Source: a virus
Length of the DNA stretch: 64,000 nt
Virus record (IMG/VR): IMGVR_UViG_3300023208_000003
Location: 64,001 to 128,000 of that record
Reading direction: 5' to 3' (one strand)
Below the pieces are notes generated by a model that saw only the letters and a list, made by a program, of their open reading frames with translations, was not told the DNA's origin and ran no database searches. Shown piece by piece: positions 1 through 9,300 of the stretch (position 1 is the first letter of the stretch; every line of letters begins with the position of its first letter). The position numbers were made by a program, and so were the translations under genes.

Positions 1-126
1 AATATCAACCATTACATCGACGGCAACAGGGTTTGGAAAATTATGTAAAATAGCCCAAGTATCACTAGGTGAAGCTTGTTCAAAATTTACTGTTTGAAGA
101 ACTGTGTGTTGTGCAAAGCTTGCCAT
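1..126 (-). CDS. Partial virion/tail accessory protein (runs off the left edge)
   Basis: ATG at 126 with GGAGA SD. Reads MASFAQHTVLQTVNFEQASPSDTWAILHNFPNPVAVDVMVDI with no stop, and carries the W-x-I-x-HN module of its neighbours. Not in the ORF track. Confidence 0.75.
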   Translation of the reverse strand, partial: MASFAQHTVLQTVNFEQASPSDTWAILHNFPNPVAVDVMVDI

Positions 127-139
127 ACATATTCTCCAA

Positions 140-742
140 TTAAATTAATTTTGCCACGCCTACTTGTGGGTCAGTAAAACCAATAGTAAGCTGATTGACT
201 GAATTATGTGTGATAACTTGAGGTTGAACTTCGACATTGCCAACGAAAACACGCACAATAGGATCATATCCAAGACCGTGATTTATTACCCAGCTAGATG
301 CGGCAACTGTTTGATTCCAGGTAAAAGCAATTGTTGGTCTAACATTGCCAGAGATAGCTCCAGCCATTAACACAGCTTTACCGGCCATCTGCATTCCTAA
401 CTTGACTTGAACTTGAGTATTATTAATTACATTAATTTCATCAGGAATAACCGCTTTATTTTCAGTATCCCAAATTTGAACAACTAAATCAGTACTATTC
501 AACGGATGAATGATCGTCCATGTGGTGGTGCCAGTTTGCTGAATATGAACGTACATATCAATCTCATTTGTAAGAGGAATCCAAATTGGAAGTCCTCCAA
601 CAATTGCCGCGCAAATATATACGATTTTATTTAAGAAAATTAAACGACCAACAACAGGTTCAGCTGGAAATTGTGTTTCAGTTTCCATTACGGCCTGTTG
701 AATGAAATTATTTTGTAGGTCTATATTGCCGAAGTATTTCAT
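140..742 (-). CDS. Tail fibre/accessory structural protein with two W-x-I-x-H-x-L modules
   Basis: Track ORF (TTG at 754). ATG at 742 (MKYFGNID) is the likelier start. Contains TWTIIHPLNS and SWVINHGLG modules. Confidence 0.65.
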   Translation of the reverse strand: MKYFGNIDLQNNFIQQAVMETETQFPAEPVVGRLIFLNKIVYICAAIVGGLPIWIPLTNEIDMYVHIQQTGTTTWTIIHPLNSTDLVVQIWDTENKAVIPDEINVINNTQVQVKLGMQMAGKAVLMAGAISGNVRPTIAFTWNQTVAASSWVINHGLGYDPIVRVFVGNVEVQPQVITHNSVNQLTIGFTDPQVGVAKLI

Positions 743-770
743 TGAAAGCTCCAATTGAATTGATTTTACA

Positions 771-778
771 TATTTATC
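771..778 (-). promoter_or_regulatory. T4-type late promoter (GATAAATA)
   Basis: Matches the NATAAATA motif that recurs in intergenic gaps just upstream of late genes. Confidence 0.6.
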
Positions 779-787
779 GCAAAGACA

Positions 788-818
788 AAGAAAAGGGGCG
801 CTTAAGCGCCCCTTTCTT
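788..818 (-). terminator. Rho-independent terminator
   Basis: AAAGGGGCGC-TTAA-GCGCCCCTTT stem with a U-tract on the minus strand, just downstream of the 831-aa gene. Confidence 0.85.
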
Positions 819-842
819 ACATCGATTTAATTAACTAGTGTC

Positions 843-3338
843 TTATGCAAGACCCATTACAACTGCCTTAATAGCAACTGCTACGTTGAAGGTAATTGTC
901 AAAGTAGAGCTGTTATTAAATACGATGCTCTGAGGAATGATAACTTCGTCTGAACTATCGCAAATGGTTACGTTGCAGAACTTCTGACCAAGGTTATGGG
1001 TAACAGTGTGAGAAGTTGCGGCACCGCCGGTGTACAAGTAGTACATTGCGGTGACACGGTTGTTGATCTGAGTATCAAGTGTCTTAAGAGCAGTATCAAG
1101 AGCAGAAACTGCAGCCTTGAACGTTGTTGATGCGTCAACATAATTGGTACCAGACCATGCGTTCAATGAACCGTCAGTGTTAAGACCAACAGAAGATTCA
1201 ACAGCGTTAACTTCAGCAAGTAAGCTAGATGCGCTGCTTTCAATTGAATCAAGACGAGTATCAACAGCTTCGATTGCAGCCTGAACAGTAGCAGGTGCGC
1301 CTGGAAGACTTGCAGTTGTGTTAACAAAGGTAATTGCAGATGCCTTGTGGGTGTGGTTACCAGGAGCCGCTTCGGTTGCACCGTCGCCCAAGGAAACACC
1401 GACAGCGTCAGCAGTAACAACGATAGTACCTACACCAGTCCAATCATTTGGATCGTCAAGACCTGTTGCACCAGTACCAGCAGCAGAAACAACTGCTAGA
1501 GCAGTACCGTTACCACCAATCAAACCAGCACCTGCAACGGAAGCGGTAAGCTCTGCTTCAGTGATAGTGTTTGTGGTTACCTTCAAGCCGTTTGCAGACT
1601 GAACGAGACGACCATTACCGCCGAGATCAAGCAAGAGGTGAACTTTTGCATTGGTAGCGGTAGAACGGGAAGTTGCGTTTTCAGTAAGAATAAGCGCAGA
1701 AGAAGTAGGATCGTAAAGATCAATACCAACTTCATCACCAGGAAGTTCTACGATACCTGCACCAAGGTTGACATTGAGCGTGTTGCCAGTCTTAGAAAGA
1801 CCAATACCAGCTGTTACACCAGAAGCACCGTTGAACTGAACAAAAGAAACTGCGTCAGTACCAACAGTAGTAACTGCGTTAATCTGTGTCCAAGCGGTGT
1901 GGGCGTATACAGTGCCGTTTTCAACAAGAACTGCAGAGCCTTCAAATTCGGCAGCGGCGTCAAAATCTGTTGTACGAACCCAGGTGCCGGCCTTTGCTAA
2001 ATAGATACCGTTTTCTGCAGCTGCAGTCTGAGCAGTAACAAGAACGCGCTCATCAGCAGAAAGCATGTGACCATCAAGAGTCAAAAGACCGCCAGTGGTA
2101 AGATCAACGTTTGCTGCTGCAAGAGCGGCAACTGGTTGCTTCCAAGAAAGACCAGTGATAGCTGCTTCCAACTGATTCTTGTTAATTGCGTCAGTACCTG
2201 CAACACCAGGAGCAAGGTTAGTAAGCTTGTAGCTGTTGAAGCTGATATCATGAGCAACGTTAGAAGAACCTGCATTATCCGCGCGGATGAACATTGATTC
2301 GTCAAGAACTGCAATGTTGCCAAGACCAAGAGAGGTACGAGCAGCAGCGCCGCGCTTAAGAGTCCAACGAGAACCTTCTGCACCACCAGTACCAACCATA
2401 ACGTCATTCTGACCGCCGTGGGTAACAGCAACTGTATTGATTGTAAGGGTTTCAGAAGAATCTGCAGCAGGTGCAAAACCAGCGATTGTATCAAGGTCTG
2501 CATCCCAAGCTTGAACATTTGAACCAAGGGCAACACCGAGTTCAGTACGGAAAGCGGCGGCGTCAATAATAGTGAAGGTGCCATCACCAGCAGAAACACC
2601 AATGATATAACGGTTAGATGCGGTTGGAGTAAGAGCTGCAAGAGAAGTAAGCTGAGCATCAAGTGGTTGCTTGTTATCTAACTGATCTTGAATTGCGGAT
2701 GTTACGCCATCAACATAGTTAAGTTCAACGGTCGTAAGAGTTGCGCCGGTAAGAATATTAAGCTCAGCAGCTGTAGAAGTAACAGCGTGAAGCTTAACTA
2801 AATCTGCAGTTACAACACCTGAAGTATGAAGCTGATTAACTTCAGAAGCGGTAGATGTAACATTAGAAACATCAGCAAGTACTAAAGTGTGATTATCCCA
2901 CTTTGAAGTAGTACCGTTGAACATTGCAACTTGACCAGTTGTGGCTGCGAGAACGTTAACGTCGTCAAGTTCAGCAAAAGTATTGTGTGCAGTCATTGCG
3001 GTCTGCAACAAGTTAATTGCGTTAGTTACTGAGGTAGCACCTGCAGCGTAACCAGAGAAAGCTGCGCTGTTGAAAGTACCATCAGCGTTAACTGCTGTAC
3101 CAAGAGAAGACTCAAGGTAATCAACTTCTTGCTGGAGAGCGGTAGCGTTACCACCAGTAGCAAAAGCCATCCAGGAGGTGCCGTTATTGTAGTAGTAGAT
3201 GTTATCTACTGTATTAAAATAGATACGGCCCTTTTCAGAAGATGAAACTGTAGGCGCTGTAGTTAAGCGCTCAATCACAAAATTCTGAACTTCACCCTGG
3301 CCGCCATTGTTAAGGGTAATATTACCATTTATTCTCAT
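843..3338 (-). CDS. Ala/Thr-rich virion fibre protein, 831 aa
   Basis: Strong SD (AAAGGAG). Fibre-type motifs LTNLAPGVAGTDAINKNQL and SWKQPV...DGHMLSADERVLVTAQTAAAENGIY, heptad stalk segments and a C-terminal VTHNLG module. Confidence 0.7.
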   Translation of the reverse strand: MRINGNITLNNGGQGEVQNFVIERLTTAPTVSSSEKGRIYFNTVDNIYYYNNGTSWMAFATGGNATALQQEVDYLESSLGTAVNADGTFNSAAFSGYAAGATSVTNAINLLQTAMTAHNTFAELDDVNVLAATTGQVAMFNGTTSKWDNHTLVLADVSNVTSTASEVNQLHTSGVVTADLVKLHAVTSTAAELNILTGATLTTVELNYVDGVTSAIQDQLDNKQPLDAQLTSLAALTPTASNRYIIGVSAGDGTFTIIDAAAFRTELGVALGSNVQAWDADLDTIAGFAPAADSSETLTINTVAVTHGGQNDVMVGTGGAEGSRWTLKRGAAARTSLGLGNIAVLDESMFIRADNAGSSNVAHDISFNSYKLTNLAPGVAGTDAINKNQLEAAITGLSWKQPVAALAAANVDLTTGGLLTLDGHMLSADERVLVTAQTAAAENGIYLAKAGTWVRTTDFDAAAEFEGSAVLVENGTVYAHTAWTQINAVTTVGTDAVSFVQFNGASGVTAGIGLSKTGNTLNVNLGAGIVELPGDEVGIDLYDPTSSALILTENATSRSTATNAKVHLLLDLGGNGRLVQSANGLKVTTNTITEAELTASVAGAGLIGGNGTALAVVSAAGTGATGLDDPNDWTGVGTIVVTADAVGVSLGDGATEAAPGNHTHKASAITFVNTTASLPGAPATVQAAIEAVDTRLDSIESSASSLLAEVNAVESSVGLNTDGSLNAWSGTNYVDASTTFKAAVSALDTALKTLDTQINNRVTAMYYLYTGGAATSHTVTHNLGQKFCNVTICDSSDEVIIPQSIVFNNSSTLTITFNVAVAIKAVVMGLA

Positions 3339-3374
3339 TGTTTAACTCCTTTAGGATAGATAGAAAATCTCTTT

Positions 3375-3605
3375 TTAGTATTGTCTACGAACACTTGTTG
3401 TTAGCGCTTTGATCGCGTTGTTAAACGCAACTGGTTCTACTAACAACTGCCCCAGATCATATAACTGAACAGTATCATCGCCAACATCTTCAAAAAAGAA
3501 GGTTCCTTTATTTCCAGTTTTTTCAATATGGTGCAACTTAAAGCCTTTAACTTTCAAGGCTGCAGCTAATACAATATCCTGTGTATTAATTAGTTTTTCA
3601 GTCAT
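3375..3605 (-). CDS. Small protein, DUF5659-like
   Basis: TQDIVLAAALKVKGFKLHHIEKTGNKGTFFF resembles the DUF5659 pattern as I recall it. It has an SD and its own late promoter. Confidence 0.55.
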   Translation of the reverse strand: MTEKLINTQDIVLAAALKVKGFKLHHIEKTGNKGTFFFEDVGDDTVQLYDLGQLLVEPVAFNNAIKALTTSVRRQY

Positions 3606-3638
3606 ATTATTTCCTATATCGTATGTTCGTTATGCCAC

Positions 3639-3646
3639 TATTTATG
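3639..3646 (-). promoter_or_regulatory. T4-type late promoter (CATAAATA)
   Basis: Motif match about 34 nt upstream of the start at 3605. Confidence 0.55.
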
Positions 3647-3659
3647 AAAATTCAATTTT

Positions 3660-4658
3660 TTAGAAGCAAATTAACATCGCATATCCACTTTGTGGAGCGC
3701 CGAATGTTATCTGTACAGTGTCTAAATCAATAACTTGAACTTTATCTGGCAGAATTGAAGTAAAACCACCATCATAAATTGACCATTGAATACGCATTGT
3801 GTGTTTGTTGTGTGTTACTACCCAAATAGTGGCAGCAACGTTTTGAACATGCTCATATCCCTGTGGGCCTGAGGCAGTTACGTGAATATTTTGTACGGTT
3901 GTCGCTAAGTTGCTAAGAGCTTGTTGAACATTAGTTGCGCCTGGTATTGAACTAATAGGTGTAATCGAAATTTCAGTAGCAGCGTGTTTAGCATTACCAT
4001 CATAAGTAAGGTGATTCTGAACTGAGTTGTTTAGTGTGGTAATGTTAACGTTGTTAATTGTTCCATTAACAGACATATTACCTGAAATTGACGCAGTTCC
4101 AGTAATAAGCGTTGCTTGGAGAAACGCGTTACCATCTTTGTCAATTCTAAATACTGGGGCACCGCCAAACGTTTTACGTACAGTAATTAAATCAACAGCT
4201 GGAACAACTCCGGCGTCAGGTTCAATTTTTAGCGGGGTTACGTTAGCATTTGATGGAGTAATTTGCCAGTGATCTGAATCTTGAATGTTTGTATTGACAA
4301 TAGTTGAATTGCCAAGAACATTTAAATCACCAGTAATAGTAACAGCGCCAGTGCTTGAATCAACCTTAAAGAAAATTGTGGAATTGTTATCATCATAGAT
4401 AACAAAATCCTTACCAGTATCGAGCTTAATTGAAGCATTGCCTTGATTATCATGAGATGCATCGTAAATTGTTTGTAAGTCTAGAGCATTGCCGTGATGA
4501 CCACTTGTTGATGAGCCATCATCAAATAAAAGTCCTCTACCGCCAACGGTAAACGTTGAATTACTTGTACCACCCGCATTAATCGTTTCACCATCACGAA
4601 GACGATCAAAAATACCATCTTCGCTAAGATAAATAACCCGTCTGATGCTTGTTGTCAT
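3660..4658 (-). CDS. Tail fibre/accessory structural protein, 332 aa
   Basis: Beta-helix-like repeats (ITGDLNVLGN, ISGNMSVNGTIN) and a C-terminal WVVTHNKH module. Confidence 0.6.
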   Translation of the reverse strand: MTTSIRRVIYLSEDGIFDRLRDGETINAGGTSNSTFTVGGRGLLFDDGSSTSGHHGNALDLQTIYDASHDNQGNASIKLDTGKDFVIYDDNNSTIFFKVDSSTGAVTITGDLNVLGNSTIVNTNIQDSDHWQITPSNANVTPLKIEPDAGVVPAVDLITVRKTFGGAPVFRIDKDGNAFLQATLITGTASISGNMSVNGTINNVNITTLNNSVQNHLTYDGNAKHAATEISITPISSIPGATNVQQALSNLATTVQNIHVTASGPQGYEHVQNVAATIWVVTHNKHTMRIQWSIYDGGFTSILPDKVQVIDLDTVQITFGAPQSGYAMLICF

Positions 4659-4667
4659 TATGGCACC

Positions 4668-5630
4668 TTAAATTGATAAACGCACTGCTGGCATTAAGTT
4701 CATAAAAACTGCATCTTTATCATAGACAAATCCAACTTGTTGCGATATACCAACTGCTGGTGGAGATAAAGTAATCTCTCCATTTGCTGAACAAAATAAT
4801 GGTTTACCAGCTGATGTCGATGCAAAATTCCATTGATCATTTCTAACGATGCCGTTTGCAACTACGTGCCCGACCTCTGTGGCGTATAAATCTTCCTGTA
4901 CGATACCATGAATTTGACGATTCGGTTGCGCTGATGAAGCTAACGCAATCTTACCAAAATTAACATATGAAACCAAGTGAAATTTTGGGATAGGTTCAAC
5001 TGCTTCTCCGAAAAGTTGAGCAGCTTCAAACTTAACATTTTCACTCGAAGTGTGAGAAATTTTTAAATCTGACTCAGTAGTAACAAACGTTCCATCATTA
5101 TTACGAAGCGGTTTATTGTTAGTACCGAATATGATGTTACCAGAATTTACTTCCTGATGCTTGTTGATCTGTGATCCAACAGGAAACGGAATAATGATGG
5201 CGTTGCTATCATAAGTTGCAGCAAAAAGACGAATTTTTGGAATCCACTTTGAGCCATTCCAAACTTTCATCGTCATTTCAGATAAATCAAACCAGTGCTG
5301 ATCCTTTGCAGGATTTACTGGCTGATTTGGAGTAATCATTGGCGGCAGCGTTGTAAAGCTGCGAGTCAAACTACCATCAAGAAAGCTAATATCCCAATAC
5401 AGATATTGCGTTATACCGTGAGGCGCAAACGGCCCCCAAGCGTGCGTTATAGTCTTCGTTTCTTCAATTAAATAGTTAGCGCCTTGATGCGCAATTGAAA
5501 TAATTGTTGGATCAGGTGATATAATTAAATCAATAAATTCACCACCAAGAGACGACTTACGTAAGAATGTTGGTGTTCCAGTGTAATCCGTTTGACAACG
5601 TACAATTCCGTGTCTAAAGCTTAGTCTCAC
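4668..5630 (-). CDS. Virion structural protein, 320 aa
   Basis: Intact ORF in the tail operon. Has a QHWFDLSEMTMKVWNGSKW motif and a C-terminal beta-rich domain. Confidence 0.55.
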   Translation of the reverse strand: MRLSFRHGIVRCQTDYTGTPTFLRKSSLGGEFIDLIISPDPTIISIAHQGANYLIEETKTITHAWGPFAPHGITQYLYWDISFLDGSLTRSFTTLPPMITPNQPVNPAKDQHWFDLSEMTMKVWNGSKWIPKIRLFAATYDSNAIIIPFPVGSQINKHQEVNSGNIIFGTNNKPLRNNDGTFVTTESDLKISHTSSENVKFEAAQLFGEAVEPIPKFHLVSYVNFGKIALASSAQPNRQIHGIVQEDLYATEVGHVVANGIVRNDQWNFASTSAGKPLFCSANGEITLSPPAVGISQQVGFVYDKDAVFMNLMPAVRLSI

Positions 5631-5648
5631 AGTTTAAATCCTCTATCC

Positions 5649-6305
5649 TTAAGAAACTGAAATAGTCAAACTGTAAGTAATTAACAGCTCACGATTAGCA
5701 GTTTTTTCAATTGGATTAAAAATCAAATGTGTTAAAAGCAGTCCGCCGGCATTTGCAGCACCGTTAGAAGCAGTATCTGCCAAGAGTGCTAGTTCATCGA
5801 AAGCAAAACTATATCCAAAATCAGTGCCGGGTCCATACGGAGGGTCTATTGACGGCGGATTTGCTAAAGCTTGATCTGGTCCCGTATCAGTTGATAGCTG
5901 TGTTGCAGGTTCATTGACAGCAAGTGTAAGCGTTGCAACCACAATTGATGTTAAATCGCCTGGAACAGAGCTTGCCGCAGAAATACAAGAATTACCTGAA
6001 CCAACAGACACTGAAGAATCATCAATAACTTCTTCATACGTTTGGTTGTAAAGCGTTGCATTTACGCCAGTCGTATTTGGTTGCAAGTAGTTAATTTTTA
6101 ACGCAGAGTCAATATAAGTTCCACCATTACCAAGCGCAAGCTTAAAAATTGTTCCATAAGGTTCATTTGCTAAACCACGGGCAATAGTGCGCGCCATGTT
6201 CTGCGGATGAACAGCGTTGCATGTCCAAGGAAGAAGGATTTCTCCAGTCTTCTTATCTTCTATCTTAACGCGTCCTTTTACAAAGGATGAAAATCTTTCG
6301 TACAT
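5649..6305 (-). CDS. Baseplate/tail-fibre attachment-type structural protein, 218 aa
   Basis: FKLALGNGG...FDELAL...LLTHLIFNPIEKTANRELLITYSLTISV pattern and operon position. Confidence 0.5.
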   Translation of the reverse strand: MYERFSSFVKGRVKIEDKKTGEILLPWTCNAVHPQNMARTIARGLANEPYGTIFKLALGNGGTYIDSALKINYLQPNTTGVNATLYNQTYEEVIDDSSVSVGSGNSCISAASSVPGDLTSIVVATLTLAVNEPATQLSTDTGPDQALANPPSIDPPYGPGTDFGYSFAFDELALLADTASNGAANAGGLLLTHLIFNPIEKTANRELLITYSLTISVS

Positions 6306-6343
6306 ATTAGATGTCCCTAAAAAGTTTAGTATTGCATTTGTGT

Positions 6344-6351
6344 TATTTATG
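6344..6351 (-). promoter_or_regulatory. T4-type late promoter (CATAAATA)
   Basis: Motif match in the gap upstream of 6305. Confidence 0.55.
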
Positions 6352-6357
6352 AAAAAA

Positions 6358-9300
6358 TTAAGTTATCGTTACTGTAATAGCTCTTGGTGCTGGTAGTTCA
6401 ATTAAAAATGCTTTATCCGTCAAAATAATTACCGTATAATCAGCAATGTCACCTAGCCAAATTGGATAATCAGTTAAAATTGCGTTCGTGTATGCGTCTT
6501 TTACTACAATTGTCGGTGTATTTGGTATATTATGATCCACTTTTACACGCATTATTTCTTTAGTTGGATTTTGATCAGGTGTATGATAACTCGGTAAATT
6601 TAAACAACTAAAAGTTTCATGTGCTTCTAAGTGAACCTCGACTTCAAAAGTGCCATTTAACAGCTTCATGTAAAATACGGCGCTGTCTACGATTCTACTT
6701 GTAGAAGATTCCTCTACTCCACCAATGTGAGCTGGAGTATTTAAAGGGTCATCAGAGATTGAAGTTAAATTCGCAAGTCCGTAATACGCCTGATCATCAT
6801 AACCACCAACAAAAAGAGAATTTGGGTCATCACCTGCGTGTGGTGGAACGGTTGTTGGATGTGGTGCTGCGTCATATGGCGCAACATCATACCCAACCGG
6901 CAGAATAAACGTAAATGGAACTCCAGGTACTACTTCATCATAAACCTTAACACGAATATCATCTTTCCACATTGGCATTATGCCACTGTCGATCTTAAAA
7001 TCATACTTTTCTGTTATTGCAACACTAGCGGTATCATAAAATCTATTTACTTCTGAAAAGCTAATAAAATCAGTAAATTTTATTCTTGGATGTTCAGTGA
7101 AAGTATCGCGTTGATCAACTTGGAATGAAAAATTTGTTCCAACGGGAACATAATTATCAACAAATGAAGTATCTAAATCAATGAATTGAATATCGTTGTT
7201 TGTAGTAGGGTCTGTTAGATAATGAATTGTGCCAAGACTTTCAAATGTTTTTCCGTCCTTCGTTTTATTTGAAAGATAAACATTCTGCTGGCGACTTTCA
7301 GTCGGAAAATATTTATTTCCGACCATATGAATAGGAACCCAGCTACTTTCAGATTCATTCGTAATTGCGTATTGATCACCATCACGCAATCCCTTAATCG
7401 TTACGTATTTTGTACTTGCTGTTTCTGTAACAAAAAAGTTTGTGTAAGTATGTCCATTGATAAAAACACCTGCTTCAACTACTGTTTTTGGAATAACAAC
7501 ATTTATAGTTGATGCGTGCGCAACGCCAGCTGGCAAATTGTACTCAACAAAACCGACTATTGAATAACGATCTCCAGGATTCAACGGTTCAGAAGTAAAT
7601 TGAAAATTAGTAAAAGTAAAATTACTATTAAATTCACCATTTACAAAAAATTGAATTTCTTTATACATACCTGGTATTCGCATGGTGATTGGACCACCTT
7701 TTGAAATACCATGCGCAAATGTTTTAGGAGTTGTTCCTAATTCTTCATGATTTTTAGCTGAATTTTGAATCCAAAATCTAAACGTGTCGCTTTCCGCACC
7801 ATCAATAATGATAGCTGAGTTTAAAGCTGGGCGTTCTTTAAATATTATTAAATCATGACCATACCAAAGATCAAAATCGTGTGCCTTTACGTTAAAGTCA
7901 AAACTATAATAAAGTGGAAAATCACCAGTTATTTTAAAGAAAACTTTTCCGGCGCCTCGATAATCTGTTCCAATCTTTAAAAGATCAGTGTAATCAAACC
8001 CTGGCACTGCTCCAGTTCCCGTTCCAGCAACTGAACGGTTTACGGAAAATACTTGATCAGCTTCATTAATCAGTTGAAGCGAATATTTTTCAGTTACTGA
8101 ATCAAGACGCGGTTTATGTGTAAACTCAATTGCGCGAGCACCATCTAGAATAACTGATGACGGCGTTTTTACTTCTGCTGTTGTAGTTTTATTATTTTCA
8201 ACGTGTTCAATTTGATAAAATGGTTCAGGAATAGTAAAGCCAATTTTACCGTTATAATAGCGTTTTCCAACAATTGCGGGGTCTTGCCAGCCAGAAACTG
8301 TTCCATAAACAAGATATGATGGTTTATCAGCAAATACCTCAAATTTAAAAACATCACCAGCTATAATGTCAAGACTTGCTGCATAAATTGTGAAACTTAG
8401 TAAATCAGAAAAATAAGTTTCTCCAACAGTAGCCAAACCTTGATCACCACTTACAGAACCAATTACCGTAAAAGTAGTACCATTAATTGCAGTAAGGGTC
8501 CATACCTGTGCAGGGCAGTTCCAGAATGTAGAAGCGTATAGTGAAATATAAGGGTTATTGATGGAGTGGACTTCAATAGGTGGTAACTCATTGGCGTCTA
8601 AACTATAATTTGTTATGTTAAATGAAATTTTATCGCCTTCCACAAAATGAGTTGGCGAAGTTCCTACAGTTGTTCCCCAAGATGAAAATGCAGAATACGG
8701 CGGAGTGTGGGCCGTTGGAATATCCTCATGTAGAATTGGAACAATTGTAAATCTTACTTTTCCATTATCGTATGGAATATCAACTGTTGCATCAGCAAAT
8801 GTTTCTATTAAAACAGTTTTTGAATTATCAGTGTATTGTTTAACTGAAAATGTTGTTGCTGTTTTCGCGTCAAGTTCCCAGAAGCTTGTTTCAACTAAGT
8901 CAGTAATTGTCCAAACTTGAAGCTCTGTTGGGTTATAAATTGCAGGTGTTTGAAAACCAAAATGTTCAGCATAACCGCTGTTAAATGTTGCATTACTAAC
9001 TTCAAGCTTTCTACCATTTTTAATGTAAGGAGTTGGATTATTCAGCGTAAATGAAAATTTTGACCCAATTGGAAATGCTGTAGGACCTGGCTGAATTGTA
9101 AAGCTAATAACTCCATTATCATAAGGTACCCCTAGAGTTGCTTGCGCAAAAGTTCTAGTTACCTGACCAAACGCTAAGTCTGCTTTTTCAATAACGTCAA
9201 ATTTTGTTGTTAAAAGTGGATCACGTGAAATTTCCCAATATCTTGTTGGAGCTCCTTGATCAACAATAGTTAAATTTAGCGAACTAAGATCATAATTTTG

